Origin: the human T2T-CHM13v2.0 reference genome, Homo sapiens
Strand: one strand, 5' to 3'
DNA length: 64,000 nucleotides
Assembly: GCF_009914755.1 (NCBI RefSeq)
Contig: NC_060939.1
Shown here piece after piece: positions 20,500 through 32,238 of this stretch (its first letter is position 1; every line of letters starts with the position of its first letter). The notes beneath the pieces were generated by a model. It made no database searches. It saw only the letters and a list, made by a program, of their open reading frames with translations, and was not told the DNA's origin. Position numbers and translations under genes: made by a program.

Positions 20500-21885
20500 C
20501 TCTCTTGCTTTCCTTTCAGAGCAAGCTTCCTAAGAACTGTTGGCAGTATTGTGTCTACGTTCCCCCTTTCCTTTGACCCTATAGCAATGTGATTTCTACT
20601 CTTATTACTTCCACTGAGACTATTTTCACCAAGGTCACTAATGACTGCCTTCTTCCTAAATCCAAAGAACAGTTCTCCATTGTTGCTCAGCAAAATTCAA
20701 CATAGTCAACAACTATCTCCTTGAAACACCCTTTTCCTTTGGCTTCCAAGAATTTATTTTCTACCTCTGTTCTTCTTTTTTGCTCTGTTTCCTTTGGGGC
20801 CTGTCTTCTGTTTACCCCTTACATATGTGGTTGTCCTATAGGGTTCTATTCTAGATCCTCTATTTCTCTACAAAATCTTCTGGATATCTTATATATTTTC
20901 ATGTCTTCAAGTACCACCTACCATGTATGCTAATGCCTCCTCAATCTTTATCTTTAGCCGATAGTTTTTCTGATCTTCATATCCTTATACACAACTGCAC
21001 TCTATTTCCACTTAATTGTCTTATAGACATGTCCCACCACATGTCCAAAATAAAACTCATTATCTTTCTACCCATATTAATGCCCTTATATTGGTGAAGG
21101 AATCACCATCCACTCAGTGGCTCAAGCCAGAAACTTGGGCATTATCCTTTCCTTTCCCCTACCCTCATGCTCCATATTCAATCAAGGAAGTCTTGCTGAT
21201 TCCAGCTTTTACATATCTCTTGAATCCATCCATCTTCTCCATCTCAATGGCCATTTTCTGATTCAGACCACAATCGTCTCTCATCTCGATGACTACAACA
21301 TTCTCCACATTGATCTCATTGATCAGTCTTGCTGCCATTTTCACACTACAGCTGAATTATCATATCATTTCCCTGATTACAATCTTGCAACAGCTTTACA
21401 TTGCCCTCCAGCTAAATTTCAGACTCTTGGCAATGACTTACAAGACTCTTTGTGATGCGGACTCTGCTCACCTCTGTAGCTTCATCTTTCTCTCCTCTCA
21501 CTGTTCTGACACCATACATTTCATGTTCCACTGAAACAGAGCTCCTTCCAGTCCCTCAGATGAACCACGGGGCCTGTGGGTACACGTTATCCTCTTAGCT
21601 AGAAAACTCCTCTCCAAGCTCTCCACAGGTCTATATCTATATCACCACCTCCAACAAGCAAACCTTCCCTGATCCACCACGCTCCTGCTGGGTGGATCAG
21701 GACATATTCTATGTTCCCCTCTGTGTTCACCCTATCGTCATATTTGGTACATTGTACTATCAGTATCTCTTACTACACTGACCTCCGTGAAGGCAAAGGC
21801 CCTGTCCATTTCACAGGTATTCCTTGTACTTAGCAGAGCCTGACACGTAGTGAGAACACACTCCACAAATGTCTATTGACTGAGC
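20500..21885 (+). mobile_element. L2 fragment(s)
   Basis: Pyrimidine-rich L2-like sequence (caaggtcactaatgac, ctccttgaaacac, ctcaagccagaaacttgg) ending in an L2 3' motif (cttagcagagcctgacacgtagt). Confidence 0.6.
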
Positions 21886-22625
21886 ACAGGTACAGAAGTC
21901 ACACATTAGCTTGTTTAATAAGCTAATTTCTGCTCTGTCACCAGAATAATAGAATAGCAGAGTATTTCAAATATTGGGATTTTAATAGGACAGTAGAATA
22001 GGACAGTCAGCCAGTTGGTTTCTATCTGTGTTCAGAAGTCCTGTGGCTTGACAGAGGGAACTTGGGGGTTCTCATGATGAGAGGGGGGTAGAAGGGGAGA
22101 GGAGAATGGTAAAGGAAGCCCACTGGGCAGGTTTTCGGGTCCCTAACATGGCTTTAACCAGAAGAGCTCAAAATTGTTTTGTTTTATCCACTAGAATGCC
22201 ATTTTATATTTCATATGGGAAAAAAAGGAATGATAAAGGAGACAAAAAGAAAATGAAGCCCTGATCTAAGTAGGCTATCAAACCAGGTCTTCTAAAATGG
22301 TTCTGCGACTAAGTCAAAAACACTGAGAAATGGAGGCAGATATTGTGGTCACTATGACATAGCGTATACTGATATTACCCAAAAAATGTACAGTAAAACT
22401 TTCCTGGTACAACGATATGTACTCATAAGTTTATGTCGTTTATTAAATCAATTAAGTTAAATGAAACTACCAATTGGCATTTTATTATGCACAACACTGT
22501 GATAATTTTTTTATCATCCTGTGCCTTTCTATTTCTCTTCTGTATATTCCTATTGTTTTAGAAGATTGTACCTACATACACTAGGATTTTTTTCTGAGTA
22601 GACAAGGAGAAACATATATAATCAG

Positions 22626-22930
<305 letters not shown>

Positions 22931-23867
22931 AATTAGACTTTTAAAAATTAAATTAAACCCAGTACTGGGAATTTACAATGCCAGTCTGCTGCCTCTACTG
23001 ATGCATGGGCAGAGATTTCACGCCTTATAGTTCCCTAGTGGAATGCTTCCCATAGTGTCATGTCCCACCTTTCTAACGCTGGAGATGGTAAGGTGTTAGA
23101 CAAAAAGATTGCTATTGGAAGAGAAAGCTTAGAAGTTAAATATTCTCTATCATTTATTCAAAAAATTTATTTAGAGCCTACTGTGTGCCAAGAACATGCC
23201 AAATTTCTAGTGTTTGGAGACATATAAGTGAAAAAAATAGACAAGGTCTCTGCTGTTACAAAGCTTGTATTGTGATGGGGTGTGGGGAGAGAGAGACATT
23301 AAATGAGTAAATAAGCAAAAAGATAATTTTGAGGCGTGATGAGCTGCATGAAGCCGATAGAATGATAATGTGCTGGATGTGGATACTCAGGGAGGGTGTC
23401 AGTGGAGTGGGACTGCTCTAGCCAGGTGGCCTCTGGGCTGAGCAACCTGGGGAGGAACCAGCCTCCTGAGGGAGTGAGGGAAGGGTCTTCCCATCGAGGG
23501 AACAGTGAGGGCAACTTTTCATCTTGTGCCTTTCCTACTGGGTCCTCAAGTAGCCACAGCCTGAGGTGTAAAGCAAGTTCTAAGCTTCCCCAGGTGACTC
23601 CAAGACCCATGGCCGGGTGGTTTATTAGGAAGGCCCAAAAGAGTGTGCCTGTGTACAAGGGGACATCAAGGAAAAATCAGTGAGGAAGGGGAGAGAAGAG
23701 TCACATGCATGCTTTTATAAGAAGTTATGCACTTGGGTAAAATGACTATTTTGTTTTCTTCTTAATATTTAAAAGAAGGCACTCTTAAAACTGGAGGTGC
23801 AATCCAAAATAACAAAAATGGCCCTAAATTTTAAGGGGATTTAATTGAAGCTTGCGCTCATCCTGCT

Positions 23868-23886
23868 TGGCCACTAGAGAGCAGTA
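23868..23886 (+). promoter_or_regulatory. Candidate CTCF site
   Basis: TGGCCACTAGAGAGCAGTA versus consensus TGGCCAC(C/T)AG(A/G)(G/T)GGCAGTA; one core mismatch. Confidence 0.4.
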
Positions 23887-24009
23887 TTGCCTATCAAATG
23901 CACCACAAGGCCCACGCTGCAGGCTGACATTTAGAGGGAGAAAATCGGTGCCACAGGTAAATCTCTTCTCTCATCTTGATTTCCCGCTCCTCCCCTACCC
24001 TCCCCATAA

Positions 24010-24395
<386 letters not shown>

Positions 24396-26127
24396 TAAAT
24401 CTGTGATTTTTTTTAGCTAAGAATAAAATCAGCACATTTAACCATGTTGGAAGTATTTTGACCCTTCCCTCAGCTGGAGACTCTCAGTGGCCAACAACCC
24501 CGGGTCTAGGTAGCCTTTGGAGCAGTAGTGGGTTCCTTTTTCCCAGTTCTTTAGAATTAGACCCCTTATTTGGGGGAACGGGTTCACATTTTTAGCCTAG
24601 AGAGCAAGGAGTGTTGTTCCTTCCATGTGTTGTTAGATCGACTGTCTGCTGGTAGGTTGGTGGCCAGCAGAGACCTACTCTGCCCGACCTGGCCTCAGTG
24701 GACGCCAGGACCTTGCTTCCTTCTTCCTCAGCAGCCCAAGCTCCCGCTTCCTGAGTGGAAGTCTTGTGTTCTATGTGTTGGGGCCTTTTATGAAACAGTA
24801 TGCAAGATAATGGGTTCACCAAGAGAAAAAGGAGGAGAAAGGGATGACAGAATTTTAGCCATAGCCACACAGGCAGAGCAAATGAAAGAATTTCAAATAT
24901 GGTGTAAGAATATATTCCAAAAGAGGTAGGAATTTATAATATGGACCCTGCTTTCTTCCATAGAAAGATTTGAGGCATGCTACAGCAAAAATACACATCA
25001 AAAACACACATCGCTTGGAACATAATTTATTCATTCAAATTATATTAACTGCCCTACTTTCATGTGCTAGGAGCTAGGCCTATACCTGAACAAGATGGAC
25101 ATAGACCCTGCTCCTATGCAGCTTCTACTGGAATTGAGTAAGGTTGCAAATGAAATCAGAAATCACACAAGAAAGTTTGTGTCTGTTGGGGTGGTTCAGA
25201 GCTGGAAGGAAACAAAATGATCATCTCCAATATTCTTTATCTTATAGATGAGGAAATAGTGGTTCAGAAATATTGTAACTGATCCAAAGATGAAACAGTT
25301 TTTTCATTTGAGCACGAAAATTTGCTCTGAGGAAATAGGAAAATATCTATTACCTGGGTTTCCTGGCTTTCGGTGCTTGATTAAGAGAGAATAGTTAGGG
25401 AAAGGAGACTTCTTTGGGGGGATGCTAATTTATGAAAAAAATGATCTGGATCCTTATATCACAGACATGAAGAGACAATGAAACATTCTTAATATGACTA
25501 TATAAAATCGTTAGCCCTTCATGAAATTGAGCCATATAGTATTGTGTTGTATTTTAGTGAAGAGATTTCTGTATGGGTTTAAACTACTGCATAGTTCAAG
25601 ACTGTAACTTTGTTTAATCTAACTTGACATAAGAATGTAACCAAAAAAATCTGGAAAAATGTTTAACTCTTTTAAAGTCCAGCATCGAGCAGCCACTCAG
25701 CCAATATGATGACTGAAGCTCTTCAGATGAAACCACTGCCCCCACCCAGCTGTCTGGTCCAGTCAGGTCCTTTTTTAATAGCATGTTTTGGGGTCCTAAA
25801 TTATCTGTGTAGTTGTCTCAGTAGAAGGGAAACTGACGAGAAAAAGAAACAGGGATGTTTGAATATGTTGTTCTTACTTTTATTAGAACATAGACTCCTA
25901 GAGCTGGAATTGTATCTTGGATTTTTGGTTCCGCTGGTAGCACACCGTGCTCAATAAAAATTAATCCATCAATCAACAGGACAGAAAATCCCATCCTGCC
26001 AGAAGCAATACTTCCTGTTTGTCCCATACAAAGCCAATTAGAGTGTTAGGATGTTGTAATGGAGACAGAAACTAAGGAAAGCGGCAAAAATAAAAAAATT
26101 CCCCCAAAACATCAAATAGAAAATGTA

Positions 26128-26341
26128 GGGGTAGGGGGATTGGGGGCACAAGATGGGTTGAACCAGATAGGGAAGATCCCCCAGTGTTGTCCTGCTCCCA
26201 GTCCAGGTTTGGGAAAATGCCGGCAGCGTTTCCCTGTGTCTTTCCCTCACAAAGTCTCCAAGTCTCTCCTCGAATGAGCTCCAAGGCTTGGGAGAAACAA
26301 TCTCTTCCTCTGCCCGGGTTGCGTGGATCTCCAGTGGAAAG
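26128..26341 (+). other. Leader exon of the captured transcript (TPTE2 pseudogene-type first exon)
   Basis: Lies between the 5' TSD and the TPTE2 coding exon and ends in AAG| like an exon end. It encodes MPAAFPCVFPSQSLQV...[18 protein letters not shown], which I recall resembling the N-terminus annotated for TPTE2P1 (unverified). Confidence 0.6.
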
Positions 26342-26682
26342 GAAGAACCGGAACTATGGTTTGTGCGCTCCTTATTGCCTCCGAAATATTTTTAACTGCA
26401 GAGGAAAGCCTGTATTATTTTGGAGAAAGGCGAACAGATAAAACCCACAGCAATAAATTTCAGGGAGTAGAAACTCCTTGTCAGAATAGATATGTTGGAT
26501 ATTTTGCACAAGTGAAACATCTCTACAACGGGAATATCCCTCCAAGACGGATACTCTTTATAAAAAGATTCATTATTTATTCGACTCATGGTGTTGGAAC
26601 AGGTGATGTATGTGATCTACAATTCCAAATAGTAATGGAGAAAAAGGTTGTCTTTTCCAGTACTTCATTAGGAAATTGTTCG
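26342..26682 (+). pseudogene. Processed fragment of TPTE2/TPIP-family phosphatase coding exons captured by the SVA
   Basis: Translation [55 protein letters not shown]...[14 protein letters not shown] matches the TPTE2 PTEN-like phosphatase C-terminal part and the start of C2. It is intronless and the catalytic HCKGGK segment is absent. Confidence 0.88.
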
Positions 26683-26720
26683 CTGCCTCCCTTGGCCTCC
26701 CAAAGTGCTAAGATTACAGC

Positions 26721-28110
26721 CTCTGCCCGGCTGGCACCCCGTCTGGGAAGTGGGGAGCGTCTCTGCCTGGCCGCCCATCGTCTGGGATGTGGGGAGCCCC
26801 TCTGCCCGGCCACCCCGTCTAGGAAGTGAGGAGTGCCTCTGCCCGGCTGCCACCCCGTCTGGGAAGTGAGGAGTGTCTCTGCCCGGCCGCCCATCGTCTG
26901 GGATGTGAGGAGTGCCTCTGCCTGGCTGCCCCATCTGGGATGTGAGGAGCGCCTCTGCCCAGCCGCCCCATCTGGGATGTGAGGGGCATCTCTGTCCGGC
27001 CGCCACCCCGTCTGGGAAGTGAGGAGCGCCTCTGCCTGGCTGCCCCACCTGGGAGGTGAGGAGCGCCTCTGCCTGGCTGCCCTTCGTCTGGGAGGTGGGG
27101 AGTGCCTCTGCCTGGCCGCCCTGTCTGGGAAGTGGGCACCTCTGCCCGGCCACCCCATCTGGGAGGTAAGGGGTGTCTCTGCCCGGCTGCCCCGCCTGGG
27201 AAGTGAAGAGCGCCTCTGCTCGGCTGCCCTTCGTCTGGGAGGACGGGAGCGCCTCTGCCCGGCCGCCCCATCTTGGAGGTGAGGGGCATCTCTGCCCAGC
27301 CACCCTGTCTGGGAGGTGGGGAGCGCCTCTGCCCGGCCGCCCATCGTCTTGGATGTGAGGAGCACCTCTGCCCGGCCGCCACCCCATCTGGGAGGTGAGG
27401 AGCGCCTCTGCCCGGCTGCCACCCCGTCTGGGAAGTGAGTTGCGCCTCTGCCAGGCCGCCCCTTCTGGGAGGTGAGGAGCGCCTCTGCCCGGCCGCCCTT
27501 CGTCTGGGAGGTGGGGAGCGCCTCTGTCCGGCTGTCCCATCTGGGAAGTGGGCGCCTCTGCCCGGCCACCCCATCTGGGAGGTGAGGGGCGTCTCTGCCC
27601 AGCCACCCCACCTGGGAAGTGAGGAGCGCCTCTGCCTGGCTGTCCTTCGTTTGGGAGGTGGGGAGTGCCTCTGCCCGGCCGCCCCGTCTGGGAAGTGGGC
27701 GCCTCTGCCTGGCTGCCCCATCTTGGAGGTGAGGGGCGTCTCTGCCTGGCCACCCTGTCTGGGAGGTGAGGAGCGCCTCTGCCCGGCCGCCCCGTCTGGG
27801 AGGTGGGGAGCGCCTCTGCCCAGCCGCCCATCGTCTGGGAGGGGAGGAGCGCCTCTGCCTGGCCACCCCGTCTGGGAAGTGGGGGTCGCCTCTGCCCGGC
27901 CGCCCCGTCTGGGAGGTGGGGGGCGCCTCTGCCCGGCTGCCCATCATCTGGGATTTGAGGAGCACCTCTGCCCGGCCGCCACCTCGTGTGGGAGGTGAGG
28001 AGCGCCTCTGCCCAGACGCTACCCCATCTGGGAAGGGAGGTGCACCTGTGCCCGGCCCCTCTGTCTGGGAAGTGAGGAGCGCCTCTGCCAGGCCGCCCTG
28101 TCTGGGAAGT
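26721..28110 (+). repeat. SVA VNTR, ~35-45 bp GC-rich units
   Basis: Tandem cctctgcccggccgcc...cgtctgggaagtgaggagcg units with many CpG>TpG/CpA changes. Confidence 0.95.
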
Positions 28111-28398
28111 GTACCCAACAGCTCTGAAGAGACAGTGACCATCAAGAACGGGCCATGATGACGATGGCAGTTTTGTCGGAAAGAAAAGGGGGAAATGGGA
28201 AAAGAAAGATCAGATTGTTACTGTGTCTGTGTAGAAAGAAGTTGACATAGGAGACACCATTTTGTTCTGTACTAAGAAAAATTCTTCTGCCTTGGGATGC
28301 TGTTAATCTTTAACCTTACCCCCAACCCCATGCTCTCTGAAACATGTGCTGTGTCAACTCAGGGTTAAATGGATTAAGGCCGGTGCAAGATGTGCTTT

Positions 28399-28436
<38 letters not shown>

Positions 28437-28868
28437 AAGCTGTATATTTACTCATTGAAACACTCGGTGAAATCAGGGTAAAATCAACTAAAGGAAAAAT
28501 AGTTGTTTCATTCATTTGAACTTAAACCAACTAAAGTAGTACTCATGTCATTACGACGCAGCAAATACGAGACCTCTTTCTACAAAGATTAGCACAACCA
28601 ACAAATTAGGGGATATAGCAAAACAGAGCCAAAAACGGTAAGAAATCAATTAAGTATGTTACAGCTTAACCCTTTACCTCAATAGTTTTTAAAAAATAAG
28701 CAAAGCCTCCCAATCCCAAACAATACGAATACATCTTCATCACCAATTTGTACTTGTATTTCTTATTCTTGAGGTTAGATTCTAAACCCTAAAGATATCC
28801 AAACTCGTATTAGATCTACTTATCTATAGCCAGAGACGGCAGCCAAGGTTATTAAAATGTCTTTTCTA

Positions 28869-29314
<446 letters not shown>

Positions 29315-29395
29315 CTATGAGGGATGGGAGGAGGGGAGAGGAAGGATTCAGCCAGTGTCCAGACTGAAATTGAGTAATATCAGTTTCACTCATCT

Positions 29396-30313
29396 TCACA
29401 CGTCTTCAGGTTGCATGTTCATGGAGTAGTTTAGGAATAAATCCATGGTTTGTGGAGTACTAAAATACCTAGTGGTCTGCTGTATTACATTAAGGCCTTC
29501 CCCAGCAGCTTCCAAGGCAGCCTCCAAGTCACTGGCAGGAGAATTTGGCTGGAAGTGCATGCAGGACTGCAGAGATTCCTCTCCACAGTTATAGAAGGGA
29601 CTGTTCCAGGCCTGATTGTTCCAGGATTGGGTGCACCAGGTCTGAGTGTTCCAGGAGTGGTTGCTCCAGGACTGGATGTTCTGGGTCTGGTTGCTCCAGG
29701 TTGAATTGTTCCAGGTCTGGTTGCTCCACATTGGAAGGTTCCCAGTCGGGTTCACCAGGCATCCCTGGTGGTAGGAAGAGTAGAGGCTGGGGTAGGTAGG
29801 TGCTGAGGCCTTCTGCGTCACACCATTGCTATTCTTCGGCCAGTTGTTTTTCTGCCACCTCTTAGATTTCATTCTCTGGTTCTGGAACCAGGTCTTCACC
29901 TGTTTGTAGCTGAGGTTCAGGATGTTGGAGAGTTCTTGCATCTGCTGGAGGCTGAGGTATTTCTGTCTCTGAAATCTATCATTGAGTACACACAGCTGGG
30001 TGGAAGAGAACACAGTTCTGGTCTTCTGTTTCTTGACCGGGACCTTGTCTTCCTTTTTTGCGACACTATTCTCTGCAGAAGTGGGTTGTTTGCCTTTGGG
30101 ACTGGTGGAAGAATCAGGGCTGTCCTGAATAAGCAGATCCATGGAGGAAGGAAGAGGAGAGACAGTCTCTGTGTGAGGCATCTCAGCAGAAGACATTTGC
30201 AAGGATGGATAGTTTTCTTCAGGCCCACAAATCACAGGCATAGGTGAAGATTCTTTACAGTCGGATGCTTCAAAGCAAGGCAAGCTTTGGGGACAAGCTG
30301 GATCCACACTCAT
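29396..30313 (-). CDS. NANOGP8: NANOG homeobox retrogene, intact intronless 305-aa ORF
   Basis: [13 protein letters not shown]...MQPEDV with homeodomain ([13 protein letters not shown]...[15 protein letters not shown]) and Trp pentapeptide repeats. No introns. His253 (CAC, 29557-29555) replaces NANOG Gln253, the known NANOGP8 diagnostic. Asn82 at 30070-30068. Confidence 0.97.
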   Translation of the reverse strand: MSVDPACPQSLPCFEASDCKESSPMPVICGPEENYPSLQMSSAEMPHTETVSPLPSSMDLLIQDSPDSSTSPKGKQPTSAENSVAKKEDKVPVKKQKTRTVFSSTQLCVLNDRFQRQKYLSLQQMQELSNILNLSYKQVKTWFQNQRMKSKRWQKNNWPKNSNGVTQKASAPTYPSLYSSYHQGCLVNPTGNLPMWSNQTWNNSTWSNQTQNIQSWSNHSWNTQTWCTQSWNNQAWNSPFYNCGEESLQSCMHFQPNSPASDLEAALEAAGEGLNVIQQTTRYFSTPQTMDLFLNYSMNMQPEDV

Positions 30314-31600
30314 GTTAGTATAGAGGAAGAGGAGGAAAAAATTTAAGAGGTGGACTGGAAAAAAGGTTAAGGCAGCTTTAAGACTTTTCTGGAAGATGTT
30401 AGAGAAATAGGACCTCCAGAAGGAAAAGTATCAAGAAATTGGGATAAAGTGAGTTGCCTGCATAATAACATGAGGCAACCAGCTCAGTCCAGCAGAACGT
30501 TAAAATCCTGGCAAGATGTGCTTTGTTAAACAGATGCTTGAAGGCAGCATGCTGGTTAAGAGTCATCACCACTCCCTAATCTCAAGTACCCAGGGACACA
30601 AACACTGCTGAAGGCCGCAGGGACCTCTGCCTAGGAAAACCAGAGACCTTTGTTCACGTGTTTATCTACTGACCTTCTCTCCACTATTATTCTATGACCC
30701 TGCCACATCCCCCTCTCTGAGAAACACCCAAGAATGATCAATAAATACTAAAAAAAAAAAAAAAAAGAAAATGTAACTGGACACAAACAGGTAACGGTGG
30801 AAAGCCACTACCCAATTCCATTTTCCCCTTGACACTTTCTTTCAACTTATCCTCAATGTAATAGAAGTTTGACTGCAGAGTGGCATCTTGGACTGCCCAC
30901 GTTTCCTGGTCAGTGTTGGGCAGGGGAAGCTGTCTGCCTTCCTAACAGCTCACCCAGAGGGCACTCACTGCGGCGCTCCCAGCAGTCTTCCCATCTACCT
31001 GACGCCCCCACCTGGGCACCAGCTCCTGAGTTCTCCTTGCTCAGCTTTGCTTGGTCAGAAAACAAGAAGGACAATTCATCTGGGAAGGGATAAATAGGCA
31101 GCTGGCAAGAGAGAGCAAGCTAGTTACTACTGATAAGGGAGGGTGGGTGTGGGAAGGAAAGCGAGACAGGCAAATTGGGAATTCTTTGTGTCATGAACCC
31201 TCTTGAGAATTGATTAAAAGCTACCAAGGCTTTCTCCAGAACACAACCATATGCATATGTGCACACAATTTTGCATTCATTTCATGAGTTCCCATCTCAC
31301 TTTCACACAAACATACCTCTTGTTCTAAAAACAAACTCTAGAAGCTATAAGCTTCCAAATCTTACTAACCAAGAAATTCTGAAAGACTTTTTAATCATGG
31401 CAACTTTTTAATATCAAGGATTCTCCAATTGTAGTCTTATATGTTTCAAATATAATCAGTTTCAAAAGCAATTCCTAAAACACTAAAAATGGTCAAAATG
31501 GACACTTATGGTAAAAAATACTTGTTACCAATGTTTCGTCCCACGTTGCAAAGCACGCTGTATTTCAAGTTTCTACATATGCATTTACATAAAATTATTT

Positions 31601-31903
<303 letters not shown>

Positions 31904-32111
31904 TAAAGAAAAAAGACTTCCAAATCTTGGATGGTGGTTGGGTGGTGGGGGTGTCAAATCACCTGGTATTTGACTATTCAGGGCTCTTTTATGGAAATAA
32001 AAAGCACAAAAGCAAACAAAACAGTTTTGTCCATCTACCAGGCTCATACACTCTGTGTCCTGAAAGGAGGGGGAACATCTCCAAGTTCAACTAAAAATGT
32101 ATTAACTGCAA

Positions 32112-32238
32112 GCTGGGCGTGGTGGCCCACACCTGTAATCCTAGCCCTTTGGGAGGCTGAGGAGGGCAGATTGCTTGAGCTCAGGAGTTCGAGACCAGCC
32201 TGGGCAACATAGCAAGACCCGTCTCTAAAAAAAAAAAA
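32112..32238 (+). mobile_element. Free left Alu monomer (FLAM/AluJ-like)
   Basis: Single left arm plus A tail, flanked by aaaaatg..taactgcaa repeats. Confidence 0.8.

Noticed and set aside
26721-28110. Repeat array superficially like a CRISPR
   Set aside because: Units are contiguous degenerate tandem repeats without unique spacers. The context is eukaryotic SVA and there are no cas genes.
26586-28158. Long ORFs (519, 387, 300, 187 aa) over the SVA
   Set aside because: Low-complexity translations of the stop-poor GC-rich VNTR, open in several frames on both strands.
29450-30247. Alternative-frame and antisense ORFs overlapping NANOGP8
   Set aside because: Shadows of the CDS and its 15-bp W-repeat periodicity; no independent support.
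30453-30479. Hairpin gttgcct...aggcaac in the NANOGP8 5'UTR
   Set aside because: Short stem inherited from the parental 5'UTR; nothing specific to this locus.
31269-31590. Octamer-like TTTTGCAT and ATTTACAT upstream of NANOGP8
   Set aside because: 8-mers expected by chance in AT-rich DNA, with no correctly spaced SOX site.
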